In this document: positions 20,869 to 31,768 of the stretch, piece after piece
Position numbering within the stretch: the first letter of the stretch is position 1
Layout: every line of letters begins with the position of its first letter
From: Thermodesulfobacteriota bacterium
GTDB taxonomy: Bacteria; Desulfobacterota_D; UBA1144; Nemesobacterales; Mycalebacteriaceae
Assembly: GCA_965205855.1 (NCBI GenBank)
Contig: OZ242184.1
Coordinates: forward strand, 1,337,275-1,401,274
Length of the DNA: 64,000 nt
Direction of reading: 5' to 3'
The notes under the pieces: generated by a model
The model's input: only the letters and a program-made list of their open reading frames with translations
Databases searched by the model: none
What the model was told of the DNA's origin: nothing
Translations under genes and position numbers: made by a program

Positions 20869-22200
20869 TCAGGAATTCATTCCGCTGAGAAATTCTTTGT
20901 TGTTTTTTGTGCCGCGCATCTTGTCCAGAAGGAACTCCATCGCCTCAATAGTGTTCATCGGGTTAAGCACTTTGCGCAACAACCAGACCCTTGTGAGCTC
21001 CTCTTCGCTGAGTAGCAACTCCTCTTTTCTTGTGCCAGAGCGCTGAAGCTCAAAGGCGGGGAAACTCCGTCTGTCGGCAAGCTTTCTGTCAAGATAGCAT
21101 TCCATGTTGCCGGTTCCCTTGAACTCCTCAAAAATCACTTCGTCCATCCTGCTTCCGGTGTCTATAAGCGCGGTGGCAACGATCGTAAGACTTCCGCCCT
21201 GTTCGGTGTTTCTCGCCGCTCCGAAAAATCTTTTGGGCCTCTGAAGCGCATTCGCTTCAATTCCTCCCGACAAAACCCTTCCGCTCGCGGGAGTTACCGT
21301 GTTGCTTGCGCGCGCAAGCCGTGTGAGACTGTCAAGAAGCACAACCACATCCTTGCCCTGTTCAACATAACGCTTTGCCTTTTCAAGTACCATGTCCGCA
21401 ACCTGAACATGCCGTTTGGGCGGTTCGTCAAAGGTTGAACTGACAACCTCGCCGACAACCGACCTCTCCATATCGGTAACCTCTTCCGGACGCTCGTCTA
21501 TGAGCAGAACTATAAGCTGAACATCGGGATGATTTTCCGTGATTCCGTTTGCTATCCTTTGAAGAAGCATGGTCTTTCCCGTTCTCGGCGGCGCGACAAT
21601 CATGGCCCTCTGGCCAAGCCCTATGGGAACAAAAAGGTTCAAAATTCTGGTGCTGAATTCTTTCGCTTCGTATTCAAGGTTCAGCTTCTTTTCCGGATAC
21701 AGGGGAACAAGATTTTCAAAGGGCACTCTTTCGTTGGATTCGGCAGGATCTCCGCCGTTGACCGACTCTATTTTCAGAAGCGCAAGGTTCTTCTCGCCAG
21801 CTCTGGGAAGCCGTACCTGACCGCTGACGGTATCTCCGGTTTTAAGGCTGACCGAGCGAATCTGCGATTTTGAAACATATACATCGTCCGGCCCGAAGAG
21901 GTAACTGTTCTTCGGAGACCTCAAAAACCCGTATCCTTCGGACAGGATTTCAAGAACCCCGTCGGCCTGAATCAATCCGTCTTCCCGCGTGCTGCCAGCT
22001 CGCATAATTGAGTAAATCAAATCCTGACGCGACATTACAGTCGTGTCTTTAATGCCGGCTTCGGCGGCAAGGCTCGCAAGCTCGCTGTTGGCTTTTTGTC
22101 TGAGTATCTCCAGATTCAAAACTTCACCATCCAGAGAGCCGTTTCCGCCTCTCCTTGGCTTGCGGGGAGTTTCGTCCGTCTGTTCGCTGTTTTGTGACAT
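20869..22200 (-). CDS. rho: Transcription termination factor Rho
   Basis: [39 protein letters not shown]. Confidence 0.98.
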   Translation of the reverse strand: MSQNSEQTDETPRKPRRGGNGSLDGEVLNLEILRQKANSELASLAAEAGIKDTTVMSRQDLIYSIMRAGSTREDGLIQADGVLEILSEGYGFLRSPKNSYLFGPDDVYVSKSQIRSVSLKTGDTVSGQVRLPRAGEKNLALLKIESVNGGDPAESNERVPFENLVPLYPEKKLNLEYEAKEFSTRILNLFVPIGLGQRAMIVAPPRTGKTMLLQRIANGITENHPDVQLIVLLIDERPEEVTDMERSVVGEVVSSTFDEPPKRHVQVADMVLEKAKRYVEQGKDVVVLLDSLTRLARASNTVTPASGRVLSGGIEANALQRPKRFFGAARNTEQGGSLTIVATALIDTGSRMDEVIFEEFKGTGNMECYLDRKLADRRSFPAFELQRSGTRKEELLLSEEELTRVWLLRKVLNPMNTIEAMEFLLDKMRGTKNNKEFLSGMNS

Positions 22201-22355
22201 AAACTAAATCGGAAAATATGTTGAAGAGCCGTAAAGGCAACTTGAAAAAACTCCGTTACAAAATCCCGCGACTACTCTTTTGTTTGAACAATTAGCCACC
22301 CGCATCATGGGAAGGCAAAACGGAAAATGGTTCAGGAATTCTCTAACTTGTTTAT

Positions 22356-22384
22356 AACATATAACCACAAGTGCGGAATGTCAA
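22356..22384 (-). promoter_or_regulatory. Sigma70-type promoter for rho (about 150-nt leader)
   Basis: TTGACA-17 nt-TATGTT on the minus strand. Confidence 0.65.
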
Positions 22385-22439
22385 GAAAGGAAAACCTGAA
22401 ATTAATTCCCGGCGTAGGCAGCGGGGCGTGACTCCCTCC

Positions 22440-22468
22440 TTGCCAAAGCCCCGCCTCTGTCTTACAAT
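22440..22468 (+). promoter_or_regulatory. Sigma70-type promoter for yebC-ruvCAB
   Basis: TTGCCA-17 nt-TACAAT. Confidence 0.65.
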
Positions 22469-22524
22469 AACTTGGGTTAATTCCCGCTTTCACGGAGCGA
22501 AATCAGTAACGGAGGCTGCAAAAT

Positions 22525-23277
22525 ATGGCCGGCCATTCAAAATGGGCTAACATCAAACACAGAAAAGCCGCCGTTGACGCCAAGCGCGGAAAGGTTTTCA
22601 CAAAGGTTATACGGGAACTCACTGTCGCGGCGCGGCATGGCGGCGGAGATGTGGATTCAAACCCGCGCCTGCGCACCGCGATCGCATTTGCAAAAAACAA
22701 CAATATGCCCGGAGACACAATCGAAAGGGCAATTAAACGCGGCACCGGAGAGATTGAGGGCTCGGACTTTCAGGAGGTCTTCTACGAAGGCTACGGGCCC
22801 GGCGGAAGTGCGGTCTATGTTCAGACGCTTACTGACAACAAAAACCGTACCGTCTCCGATATAAGGCACATATTCTCCAAACACGGAGGAAATCTCGGCG
22901 AAAACGGATGCGTCGCATGGATGTTCGACATGAAAGGCAGAATTGACTTTTCAAAGGACGCCGATGAGGAAAAAATTTTTGACGTCGCCATTGAAGCGGG
23001 CGCGGAGGATGTTCTCAACGAAGACGGCGCCGCCTCGGTGATAACACCGGTTGAATTTTTCGAGGAAGTGAAAAACGCCCTTAACAACACGGGTTTCAAC
23101 TGTGAGGCCGCGGAGATAACGATGATTCCGCAAAACAGCGTCAGGATAGAAGGAAAGGAAGCGAACAAAATGATACAGCTTGTTGAAATGCTTGAAGACA
23201 GCGACGATGTGCAGAATGTCTACGCGAATTTTGACATAGACGAGGAGTTGCTTGAAGAATTGAGCAACCAGACTTAA
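22525..23277 (+). CDS. yebC: YebC/PmpR family protein
   Basis: [29 protein letters not shown]. Confidence 0.97.
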   Translation: MAGHSKWANIKHRKAAVDAKRGKVFTKVIRELTVAARHGGGDVDSNPRLRTAIAFAKNNNMPGDTIERAIKRGTGEIEGSDFQEVFYEGYGPGGSAVYVQTLTDNKNRTVSDIRHIFSKHGGNLGENGCVAWMFDMKGRIDFSKDADEEKIFDVAIEAGAEDVLNEDGAASVITPVEFFEEVKNALNNTGFNCEAAEITMIPQNSVRIEGKEANKMIQLVEMLEDSDDVQNVYANFDIDEELLEELSNQT

Positions 23278-23837
23278 TGAGGGTCATAGGAATTGACCCG
23301 GGCTCAAAAGTCTGCGGATACGGGATTGTAGAGCAAGAGGGAACAGAGCTGCAATTTATAGAGAGCGGCGTGATATGCCCGAAGGCGCTGTTGTCGATTC
23401 ATAAAAGACTTTATTTGATAAGCGAGGGAATCTCACTAAAAATTCAACAGTTCGCTCCGACATGCATGGCAATAGAAAAAGTGTTTGTGGCAAAAAATTC
23501 AAAATCCGCCCTGCACCTCGGACAGGCGCGCGGAGCGTTACTGACAATAGCGGGCGGACTGGAAATGGAAGTGCATGAATACTCTTCCACAACCGTAAAA
23601 AAAACCGTTACCGGAAACGGAAGGGCTTCAAAAGAGGAAATGCAGAAGATAGTTTCAATGATTATCGGCAAAAAAACCTTTGAAAGCTCGGACGAATCCG
23701 ATGCGATTGCAATCGCCGTCTGCCACATTAACAATGTAAAAAACAGCGCGAAAATTCCCTGTCTTCCCACAAGAAAAACCACGCGAAGGAGGCGTTTCAG
23801 GCTGGATGATTTCACTGCTGAAAGGAAAAATTTTTAG
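23277..23837 (+). CDS. ruvC: Holliday junction resolvase RuvC
   Basis: IGIDPG, AIEKVF, LGQARG, DESDAIAIA. Confidence 0.96.
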   Translation: MRVIGIDPGSKVCGYGIVEQEGTELQFIESGVICPKALLSIHKRLYLISEGISLKIQQFAPTCMAIEKVFVAKNSKSALHLGQARGALLTIAGGLEMEVHEYSSTTVKKTVTGNGRASKEEMQKIVSMIIGKKTFESSDESDAIAIAVCHINNVKNSAKIPCLPTRKTTRRRRFRLDDFTAERKNF

Positions 23838-24402
23838 AAAATCACAGGAGCTGACTGTAATTGAAACCGGTGAGGGTGTGGGATACGGAGTTGTTGTGTC
23901 CTCACAGACCTACGGCAAACTACCCGATGAAGGCGGGAACACCGAACTCATCATACACACCAACCTCTCCATAAATTCAAGGGAGGGAAACCTTGAACTG
24001 TTCGGCTTTTACGAACCGGACGAGGAAAATATGTTCAAAAAACTCATCGGCATAGCGGGTATAGGCCCGCGAGCCGCGATTAAAATACTCTCCGCCATTT
24101 CCGCCACAGACCTCGCCGAAGCCATAGTTAAGGGCAATCTGGACAAAAAAAAGATTCCCGGCATGGGACAGAAAAGGGCTTTGGCAATTATGAACGAACT
24201 CAAAGGAAAGGTGTTCTCATTGAGAGAAGCGGCGGCTCCTTCAAAAGAGACGGACGAGGAAAACATCATTTCCGCGCTTAAAAACTACGGGTTCAAAAAT
24301 CCGGAGATAGAGAGCGCGATGAAAGAAATCCGGGAAATAGCAAATTCCGCAGACAGTATTGAAACCGCCGTTAAAAAGGTTTTAAGTATCATGAAAAAAT
24401 AA
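23806..24402 (+). CDS. ruvA: Holliday junction DNA-binding protein RuvA
   Basis: MISLLKG, GVGY, LFGF, GIGPRAA HhH; lies between ruvC and ruvB. Confidence 0.94.
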   Translation: MISLLKGKIFRKSQELTVIETGEGVGYGVVVSSQTYGKLPDEGGNTELIIHTNLSINSREGNLELFGFYEPDEENMFKKLIGIAGIGPRAAIKILSAISATDLAEAIVKGNLDKKKIPGMGQKRALAIMNELKGKVFSLREAAAPSKETDEENIISALKNYGFKNPEIESAMKEIREIANSADSIETAVKKVLSIMKK

Positions 24403-24424
24403 ATCGGCGGTTTTTCCCGAGAAA

Positions 24425-25459
24425 ATGAACAAAGAACAGACAGAAAGAATTATAAGTCCGCAAACCATATCGGATGACGAAACCACCCCGGAAAACGAGG
24501 AAAAACTCCGTCCCGAAGTCCTTGGTGATTTTCTTGGGCAGGAAAAAACAAAGGAAAGGATTGGAATCTTTATAGAAGCGGCGAAAAAAAGAAAAGCCGC
24601 CGCGGACCATCTGCTACTTTCCGGCCCCCCGGGGCTTGGCAAAACCACCCTAGCGCGCATTGTGGCTTCCGAGCTGGGAGCAAAACTTCACCAGACTTCC
24701 GGCCCCGTGCTGGAAAGAACGGGAGACCTCGCCGCCATTCTCACGGGACTCGGCGAAAGGGACGTGTTTTTCATAGATGAAATACACAGAACAAACAGAG
24801 TTGTTGAGGAGTATATGTATTCCGCTATGGAAGATTTCAGCATAGATCTGTTAATTGGGGAAGGCCCTTCGGCAAGGGCAATGAAGATCAATCTGGATAA
24901 ATTCACCCTTGTCGGGGCAACTACACGCACGGGTCTTATCACATCGCCGCTTCGTTCGCGCTTCGGAATGGAACTGAGGATTGAATACTACTCCGAAAAG
25001 GAAATAGAGAGGATAATCGTGCGCTCGGCAAAGATAATGAAAGTGGAGATAACCTCGGAAGCCGCCGGAGAAATCGCCTCAAGATCGCGCGGAACCCCGC
25101 GTGTGGCAAACAGGCTGCTGCGAAGGGCAAGGGATTACACGGAAGTAAGATCGGACGGGAAAATAAGCATCAAAGAGGCGAAGGAATGCCTTGCAATGCT
25201 TGAAATTGACGGCTTCGGGTTAGACGGGCTGGACAGAGCCATACTTGAGACAATCATCCTGAAATTCGGCGGTGGCCCGGTCGGGATTGAGACAATAGCG
25301 GCATCGGTTAGTGAAGACAAAGACACAGTTGAACAGGTTTATGAACCCTTCCTTTTAAGGCAGGGACTTTTGGAAAAAACACCCAAGGGAAGAAAAGCCT
25401 CCCCTCTCGCGTATGAGCATCTTGGAATGAAAAAACCGGGCGGCGGAACGCTTTTGTAG
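24425..25459 (+). CDS. ruvB: Holliday junction helicase RuvB
   Basis: GPPGLGKTT, FIDEIHR, SRGTPRVANRLL. Confidence 0.98.
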   Translation: MNKEQTERIISPQTISDDETTPENEEKLRPEVLGDFLGQEKTKERIGIFIEAAKKRKAAADHLLLSGPPGLGKTTLARIVASELGAKLHQTSGPVLERTGDLAAILTGLGERDVFFIDEIHRTNRVVEEYMYSAMEDFSIDLLIGEGPSARAMKINLDKFTLVGATTRTGLITSPLRSRFGMELRIEYYSEKEIERIIVRSAKIMKVEITSEAAGEIASRSRGTPRVANRLLRRARDYTEVRSDGKISIKEAKECLAMLEIDGFGLDGLDRAILETIILKFGGGPVGIETIAASVSEDKDTVEQVYEPFLLRQGLLEKTPKGRKASPLAYEHLGMKKPGGGTLL

Positions 25460-25470
25460 AAAAGGCAAAC

Positions 25471-25902
25471 TCAGTCTTTCAGCGGAATTTCCCTTATGAA
25501 TTCGTCCCAATGTCTGTCGTTTCTGTGGAGTACATCCACTCTTTTGCGCACCCCTTTATAACCGCCTTCTCCGGGGAAAAGACTTTCAAAAACCCTGTCA
25601 CGCACCCTGAGCCATATGTCAACCGCTTCGTAATTTGTAAAACGTACAACGGTTTTGAAAGTCCAAACCGGGTCTTTTGTGTGAAGACGCTGAGAAAACA
25701 TTCTGTATTTGCCCTTTATGATCTCCATCCTGCGCATCTCTTCCCAGAACGGGAAAAGACGGGTTTTGTAAATCGCCAGAAACTCTTCCCTGTTCTCCGA
25801 CGCGACCACATAGAAACTTTCCTCAATAACCGGCGACTTGTTCTGTGCGTGCGCGTCCGCACAAACGAAAAAAACCAGCAACAACAGGGCAATTTGTTTC
25901 AT
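25471..25902 (-). CDS. Secreted hypothetical protein
   Basis: GGAGG RBS then Sec signal MKQIALLLLVFFVCADAHA; 143 aa. Confidence 0.7.
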   Translation of the reverse strand: MKQIALLLLVFFVCADAHAQNKSPVIEESFYVVASENREEFLAIYKTRLFPFWEEMRRMEIIKGKYRMFSQRLHTKDPVWTFKTVVRFTNYEAVDIWLRVRDRVFESLFPGEGGYKGVRKRVDVLHRNDRHWDEFIREIPLKD

Positions 25903-25983
25903 AGTCCGCCTCCGGGTTTTTACGCCCGCAGATAATAGTGTAAATTGCTTGGCAAGGCACTTCAAATCGCCCCACCCCCGACA

Positions 25984-26607
25984 ATGCTGCTGATTTTGGT
26001 AAGACACGGCGAGACTGAATGGAACAGACAGCAAAGATGTCAGGGAAGCAGCGACATACCGCTCAATGAAAACGGCCGCTCGCAGGCGAAAAAACTCGCC
26101 GAATTCCTGGAAAGCGAAAATATTGATGCAATTTTTTCAAGCGGATTAAAAAGGGCGCGCGAAACAGCCCGGGAAATAGCGAAACACCACAAACTCCAAA
26201 TCCGCGTTGACGAGAACTTCAACGAGATGGACCAGGGGGATTTTGAAGGAGTTCATTTTTCTGAAATAAGGGAAAAACACTCGGATAAACTGAAAGTGTG
26301 GACAGAAAACCCCGAACACTTTTGCATACCGGGGGGAGAGTCAATGTTTGAAGTTCAGCAACGGGCGATGAAAGCGCTTATGGAACTTCAGAAAAAATGG
26401 CAGCACTCGAGGGTTATGGTTGTAAGCCACAACCTGACAATCGTAACTCTGTTGTGCCGATTCAAAGGAATGCCGATGCTGCGCTTCAGAGAATTTCAAA
26501 TAGACGAAACTTCAAGAACTGTTGTCATATGCGACGACCGGAAATACACGGTCTCTCTTTTGAACGACACTTCTCACCTCGACGCACGCCCACGGAAGAA
26601 TAAATGA
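25984..26607 (+). CDS. Histidine phosphatase (phosphoglycerate mutase-like/CobC family)
   Basis: LVRHGET, SS.LKRARETA, PGGES, VVSH. Confidence 0.92.
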   Translation: MLLILVRHGETEWNRQQRCQGSSDIPLNENGRSQAKKLAEFLESENIDAIFSSGLKRARETAREIAKHHKLQIRVDENFNEMDQGDFEGVHFSEIREKHSDKLKVWTENPEHFCIPGGESMFEVQQRAMKALMELQKKWQHSRVMVVSHNLTIVTLLCRFKGMPMLRFREFQIDETSRTVVICDDRKYTVSLLNDTSHLDARPRKNK

Positions 26608-28250
26608 AAGAAAGAATAAGAGAGGAGGTTTTGCGCTCAATACGCGCCGTTACGGGAAAAGACCCGGACGGCTGTGTGTTTGAGATTGAAACGCCGCGGC
26701 GAAAAGAGTTCGGAGATTTCTCCACCAACGCGGCAATGGCGCTTTCAAAGAAAGAGGGGCTCAACACGCGCGAGCTTGCCGGGAAGATTGCGCGGTTTGC
26801 TCAGGAAAACTGCGACATATTTGAAAAAGTGGAAGTGGCGGGCGTGGGGTTTATAAATTTTTTCATCAAGCCCGGCGCCATCGTCTCGGAACTGAGCGTG
26901 ATAAAGCGGCTCGGCGGGCGTTTCGGCTCCTCGAGACAAAAAGAGAAAAAAACCGTTCTGGTTGAGTTTGTAAGCGCAAATCCCACAGGACCTCTCCACT
27001 TCGGCCACGCGCGCAACGCCGTTGTCGGCGACGCTTTGGCAAATATTCTTGAGTTCACGGGCTGGAAGGTTACGCGGGAATTCTACATAAACGATGCCGG
27101 AAATCAGATGTCTCTGCTCGGCGAATCGGTGCGGGCAAGACTGCTTGAGATACTCGGCGAAAAAACCGAGTTTCCCGAAGACGGTTACAAAGGGGAATAC
27201 ATACGGGAAATCGCCAGAGAGATTCTTGAGCGCGACGGGGACGCAAAAGGAGCACAACATGATTTTTGCCGGCGGTTCGCTTATGAAAAACTGCTTTCGG
27301 CCATACAAGATGACCTCAAATCCGTTGGGGTTGAGTTTGACAACTGGTTCAGCGAGCAAGAACACGTTCATTGCCCAGACTCCCGCGGCGCGAATATGCT
27401 CGCCAGAGTAATGGAAAAACTGCGAGACAAAAAAGCGGTGGAAAACAGGGACGGAGCCGAGTGGTTCAAATCAACGGACTACGGGGATTCCCAGGACTGG
27501 GTTCTGATCAAAAAAGACGGCGCGCCCACATATTTTCTCGCGGACATTGCATACCATGAGGAAAAAATCTCAAGGGGTTACGACAAACTTGTGAATGTGT
27601 GGGGGGCTGATCATCACAGCCATTTTGGAAGGCTTAAATCGGCGATTGGCGCCATGGGTTTTGACGACTCCGTATTGCGGGTTCTGTTGATACAGTTCGT
27701 CCGCCTTGTTCGGAACGGCAAAGAGACTTCAATGGGCAAAAGGTCGGGCAGTTATGTAACTCTGCGCGAGGTCGCAGACAGGGTGGGAGCGGATGTAACC
27801 CGTTTTTTTCTTCTTATGAGGGCAATTGAAAGCCATCTGGACTTTGACCTTGAGCTCGCGTGCAAACATTCAAATGAAAATCCCGTTTACTATGTGCAAT
27901 ACGCACACGCGCGGGTTGAAAGCATAAAACGCAAAGCCGCGGAGAACAACATAATCTCGGATGCCGGTGAAACCGGGCTGCTAAAACTTGAATCGGAAAT
28001 TGAAATTGCCAAGCAGCTCATAGCGTTTCCCGATGTCGTGCGCGACAGCGCGCGGACTCTTGCTCCGCACAAAATAGCGTTTTACCTGCAAGGCCTCGCC
28101 TCGTCTTTTCACTCCTATTACAAAGCCAACAGGGTTGTTACCGAAGACGCAAAGCTGTCCTCCGCGCGACTTTTTCTTTGCGAATGTGTAAGAATAGTGT
28201 TAAGCAACGGCCTCGGACTTCTCGGAGTGTCCGCGCCGGAGAGAATGTGA
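26604..28250 (+). CDS. argS: Arginyl-tRNA synthetase
   Basis: FGDFSTN, EFVSANPTGPLHFGH, WGADHH, YVQYAHAR, APERM. Confidence 0.98.
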   Translation: MKERIREEVLRSIRAVTGKDPDGCVFEIETPRRKEFGDFSTNAAMALSKKEGLNTRELAGKIARFAQENCDIFEKVEVAGVGFINFFIKPGAIVSELSVIKRLGGRFGSSRQKEKKTVLVEFVSANPTGPLHFGHARNAVVGDALANILEFTGWKVTREFYINDAGNQMSLLGESVRARLLEILGEKTEFPEDGYKGEYIREIAREILERDGDAKGAQHDFCRRFAYEKLLSAIQDDLKSVGVEFDNWFSEQEHVHCPDSRGANMLARVMEKLRDKKAVENRDGAEWFKSTDYGDSQDWVLIKKDGAPTYFLADIAYHEEKISRGYDKLVNVWGADHHSHFGRLKSAIGAMGFDDSVLRVLLIQFVRLVRNGKETSMGKRSGSYVTLREVADRVGADVTRFFLLMRAIESHLDFDLELACKHSNENPVYYVQYAHARVESIKRKAAENNIISDAGETGLLKLESEIEIAKQLIAFPDVVRDSARTLAPHKIAFYLQGLASSFHSYYKANRVVTEDAKLSSARLFLCECVRIVLSNGLGLLGVSAPERM

Positions 28251-28263
28251 AAGGGAAAATAAA

Positions 28264-28962
28264 ATGAGCGGAGAAATAAACAAGGAGATATTCAGCAGAA
28301 GCAAGGACAGAAAGGGCCCGGAAGGAACAAAGATACTGGGAAGCAAAGTCAAAATACTCTGGCTCAGGCTTATCAAGCCCATTGAGGACTATCTGATAGA
28401 GAAAAAATGCCACCCGGATACGCTTACATACACCACGCTTCTCATATCGGCGCTTACCGGTTTTTTCTTCTCGCAGGGTTGGATATTTGTGGCGGGAGTT
28501 TTTCTCCTTGCCGGTTCAACTGCGGACATCTTTGACGGAAGACTTGCAAGGTCGCTCGGTGTCTCGTCGCCGAGAGGCGCGTTCCTTGACTCATGCGTTG
28601 ACAGAGTGGCTGAAATCCTTATCTATCTGGGGCTTATGAGCCATTTGCGCGACTCCTTTTTTATCTATGTGATACTTCTTGTCGCAGGTTCGTCCATTTT
28701 TGTAAGTTATATAAGGGCGCGCGCCGAAGGGCTTGGAATAAAATGCAACGTCGGGATGATGCAGAGAACGGAAAGAGTTGTCTATCTGGGAGTCGCGTCG
28801 CTTTTGAATTTTGTGATTGACGCACTCGCACAATCGGCGGGACTGAACGGCTCGGACTACGGAGTCAAGATTGCCCTTCTCGTATTGCTGGTTTTTTCGG
28901 TCTACACTTCTTTTGAGCGCGTGAAACACACGATGAAAGAGATTGAAGAGATGACGCACTGA
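28264..28962 (+). CDS. CDP-alcohol phosphatidyltransferase (PgsA/PIP synthase-like)
   Basis: DIFDGRLAR...GAFLDSCVDR motif; SYIRARAEG. Confidence 0.9.
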   Translation: MSGEINKEIFSRSKDRKGPEGTKILGSKVKILWLRLIKPIEDYLIEKKCHPDTLTYTTLLISALTGFFFSQGWIFVAGVFLLAGSTADIFDGRLARSLGVSSPRGAFLDSCVDRVAEILIYLGLMSHLRDSFFIYVILLVAGSSIFVSYIRARAEGLGIKCNVGMMQRTERVVYLGVASLLNFVIDALAQSAGLNGSDYGVKIALLVLLVFSVYTSFERVKHTMKEIEEMTH

Positions 28963-28981
28963 GGAAGTTGAAAGCTCCGCG

Positions 28982-29335
28982 CTATCCTCCCTTAACCCTT
29001 TCCTTGATTCTGCTCGCCTTTTTGGAAAGCCCACGCATATAGTAAATTTTGGATTGTCTGACCTTGCCCGGGCGTTTTACCTCAACCTTGTTTATAAGAG
29101 GCGAATTGATTGGAAAAACCCTCTCAATCCCTATTCCGTAAGAAACCTTTCTGACCGTAAAGGTGCGCCGCACACCGCCTCCTCGCAGGCCGATAACGGT
29201 TCCCTCAAACACCTGATTTCTTCTTTTGTCGCCTTCAAGAATGTTGTAGTGAACCGCGATAAGGTCTCCCGAACGAAACTCAGGGATATCGTTCCTTATC
29301 TGCGACTCTTCAAACTCTTTCATTATTTCACTCAT
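28982..29335 (-). CDS. rplS: 50S ribosomal protein L19
   Basis: FRSGD, TFTVRKVSYGIGIERVFP, GKVRQSKIYY. Confidence 0.97.
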   Translation of the reverse strand: MSEIMKEFEESQIRNDIPEFRSGDLIAVHYNILEGDKRRNQVFEGTVIGLRGGGVRRTFTVRKVSYGIGIERVFPINSPLINKVEVKRPGKVRQSKIYYMRGLSKKASRIKERVKGG

Positions 29336-29351
29336 TTTTAATCTCTCCAAT

Positions 29352-30650
29352 TCAAAACTTGCATGAAAAAAGCCTGTCCATTATAGCGGCGGCGGCACTG
29401 CGAACCGAAAGATGGTTGTAATCGCCATAACCTTTGACCGGTTTGAGCATATGGTCGGCGGAGTCAATCACCTCGCGTGCGAGACCCCAGCCCGTTCCCA
29501 GAAGAAGAAGGTAGGGGCGGTCTGCCTTCATAATTTTCTCTCTCAACTCTTCGTATCCTGTCATGTCACCTTCAAACCTCGCGTCTGTCGCCACAACATC
29601 GGGCTTCATTCCTTCAATTTTTTCTATGTCACCCATAGCCTCACCCAGCTCGGCTCTGATTTCCACAAGACCCATTGCATCGCTACGGGTCTGGTTGAGT
29701 TCCCTTCCCGCGCCTTCTGTCCAGTGCCTGACAACTCTTGCGGCAAGGGCGCGTTGCTCTCCCACGGGGTTGACCAGAAAAAACTTCTTCACTCCGTATG
29801 TCCTGCACGCTCTTGCAATATCGTGAATATCAAGATTTGTAAAAGCGGAGGCGACTGTCTCAAGGCGCCTATTGTATACGGGATAATGAAGCAAAGCAAC
29901 ATACGCCCTGTAATCCAGCACCTCATTTTTCTGAAACTCGCAAAGAATTTCGGTCTCTTTTTTTGAAAGGCTCGACCGGTCAAGAATTTCGGGTCTTTTG
30001 CGGAAAGTGTTTTTTATTCTCTCTTCCCTTCTCCACTGGTCCACTTTTTCATGGTTTCCCGAAAGCAGAACTTCGGGCGCTTGCGCGCCACGATAAACCT
30101 CCGGACGAGTATATTGCGGATGGCTCAAAAGACCGTTGTCAAGAGACTCGTTTTCAGTGGAAGCGCTGTTTCCCACAACTCCGGGAACAAGCCTTGAGAC
30201 AGAGTCAACAATCACCGCGGCGGCGTATTCCCCGCCGGAAACTATGTAATCTCCGATTGAAATCTCCATATCCGCGTGCAATTCGTTCACCCTTTCATCA
30301 ACCCCTTCGTATCTTCCGCAGACAATCACAACTTTTTCAAAATCCAGCAGTTTCCGCGCCACTTGCCCGTCAAACGGCGCGCCCTGAGCGGATGTGAGCA
30401 CAACAACCGTTTTCTCCGTCCCTTTTCTTGACTCCTCAATCGCTTTGCCAAGCGGTTCGGGAAGAAAAAGCATTCCCTCCCCGCCGCCGTAGGGCTTGTC
30501 GTCAACGGTATTGTGCTTGTCGTCCGCAAAATCTCTGAGGTTGCGCACCCCTATTTCCACAAGCCCCTTTTCCCGTGCTTTGGATAAAACCCCGCACGAA
30601 AAAACGGAGTCAAAAAATTCGGGGAAAATTGTGATGATTTCGTATTTCAT
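29352..30650 (-). CDS. trmD: tRNA (guanine-N1)-methyltransferase TrmD fused to a second SPOUT-type methyltransferase domain
   Basis: VDDKPYGGG, CGRYEGVDER, SIGDYIVSGGE; C-terminal ALLHYPV..TNLDIHDIAR..GTGWGL..YNHLSVRSA. Confidence 0.95.
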   Translation of the reverse strand: MKYEIITIFPEFFDSVFSCGVLSKAREKGLVEIGVRNLRDFADDKHNTVDDKPYGGGEGMLFLPEPLGKAIEESRKGTEKTVVVLTSAQGAPFDGQVARKLLDFEKVVIVCGRYEGVDERVNELHADMEISIGDYIVSGGEYAAAVIVDSVSRLVPGVVGNSASTENESLDNGLLSHPQYTRPEVYRGAQAPEVLLSGNHEKVDQWRREERIKNTFRKRPEILDRSSLSKKETEILCEFQKNEVLDYRAYVALLHYPVYNRRLETVASAFTNLDIHDIARACRTYGVKKFFLVNPVGEQRALAARVVRHWTEGAGRELNQTRSDAMGLVEIRAELGEAMGDIEKIEGMKPDVVATDARFEGDMTGYEELREKIMKADRPYLLLLGTGWGLAREVIDSADHMLKPVKGYGDYNHLSVRSAAAAIMDRLFSCKF

Positions 30651-30685
30651 AAAACCCGCAGCGCGGCGTTTTTCTGCACTTGCCG

Positions 30686-31192
30686 TCAGCCGAGCGATTG
30701 CATGTTGCCAACCGCAAGCGTTCCTTTTTTAACATCTATTTTTTTGACAAATTTTTCCACGAGCGGAACAAGCAACTCGCCTTGCGGTTTTGAAATCACA
30801 AGAACGGACTGAAAACCGCTTTGCAAAACCGATTCCACCCGCCCGATTTCCTCTCCGTTTCCCGCGCAAACGGCGCGCAAACCTACAAGCTGGAAGTTGT
30901 AATATTCCCCCTCACCGGTCTCCGGCAGGTCGGATACGGAAACCAGCACAAGCGAGCCGCGCAGCCTTTCCGCGCCCTCTTTTGTGTTTACACCGGAAAG
31001 CTTCACAACCGCGCTTTTATCTCCGATTCTCCTTTCGGTTATCTCAAAGTCTTCCGGCTCCGAATCGGCGGTTTTGATAAAAATACGTCCGAGGGTTTTC
31101 AACGCAGAAGCGTCTCCGCTGAAAGAAACAACCTTCAAGCCGCCGGTAAGTCCGTGGCTTTTTACAACCTTTCCGTAATCAATGAAACTCAT
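30686..31192 (-). CDS. rimM: 16S rRNA processing protein RimM
   Basis: GKVVKSHGLTG, EYY..QLVGL, LLVP; operon position. Confidence 0.93.
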   Translation of the reverse strand: MSFIDYGKVVKSHGLTGGLKVVSFSGDASALKTLGRIFIKTADSEPEDFEITERRIGDKSAVVKLSGVNTKEGAERLRGSLVLVSVSDLPETGEGEYYNFQLVGLRAVCAGNGEEIGRVESVLQSGFQSVLVISKPQGELLVPLVEKFVKKIDVKKGTLAVGNMQSLG

Positions 31193-31215
31193 TGCCTTCG
31201 CAAGAGCGCGGTTCT

Positions 31216-31455
31216 TTAGTCAACTATGTCCATTGTGAACCAGATGCCTTTTTTGGCGGCGGCGGCGGAAAGCAAAATCCGCAGCGCCTTTGCGGTTTTT
31301 CCCTGCCTTCCGATAACCTTTCCCATGTCACCCTGAGCAACTTTGAGGCGCAGAACCGTTTTTTCTTCCCCAATCGTCTCTTCTATTTCAACCTTGTCCG
31401 GTTCGTCAACAATTGAAGAAGCGAGAAAATGCAGCAGGTCCTTCAAGCTTCCCAT
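31216..31455 (-). CDS. khpA: KH-domain RNA-binding protein KhpA
   Basis: DMGKVIGRQGKTAKALR; lies between rpsP and rimM. Confidence 0.92.
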   Translation of the reverse strand: MGSLKDLLHFLASSIVDEPDKVEIEETIGEEKTVLRLKVAQGDMGKVIGRQGKTAKALRILLSAAAAKKGIWFTMDIVD

Positions 31456-31457
31456 TA

Positions 31458-31691
31458 TTATAAAAGTCCCGAAATCAGTTTCTTTACCGTGTTGGAAGGC
31501 TTTGCGCCTTTTGAAATCCAATTCCTGATTTTGTCTGCGTCAACCTTCAACTCATGGGGACGTTTGACCGGGTCGTAAAACCCCAGAATCTCCAAAAACT
31601 TCCCGTCCCTCGCGCGCCGCGAGTCCGCCGCGACTATTCTGTAAAACGGCTTTTTCTTGGCTCCCATTCTTGTAAGTCTTATTCTTACCAA
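31458..31691 (-). CDS. rpsP: 30S ribosomal protein S16
   Basis: VRIRLTRMGAKKKPFYRIV; TTG start after GGAGG. Confidence 0.97.
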   Translation of the reverse strand: MVRIRLTRMGAKKKPFYRIVAADSRRARDGKFLEILGFYDPVKRPHELKVDADKIRNWISKGAKPSNTVKKLISGLL

Positions 31692-31768
31692 ATCCAACCT
31701 CCCGCGCCGCCGTATTGTCCGCCGGCTACAATTAATGGAGTCTATACAATTCTCAAAGCAGTTCCAAC

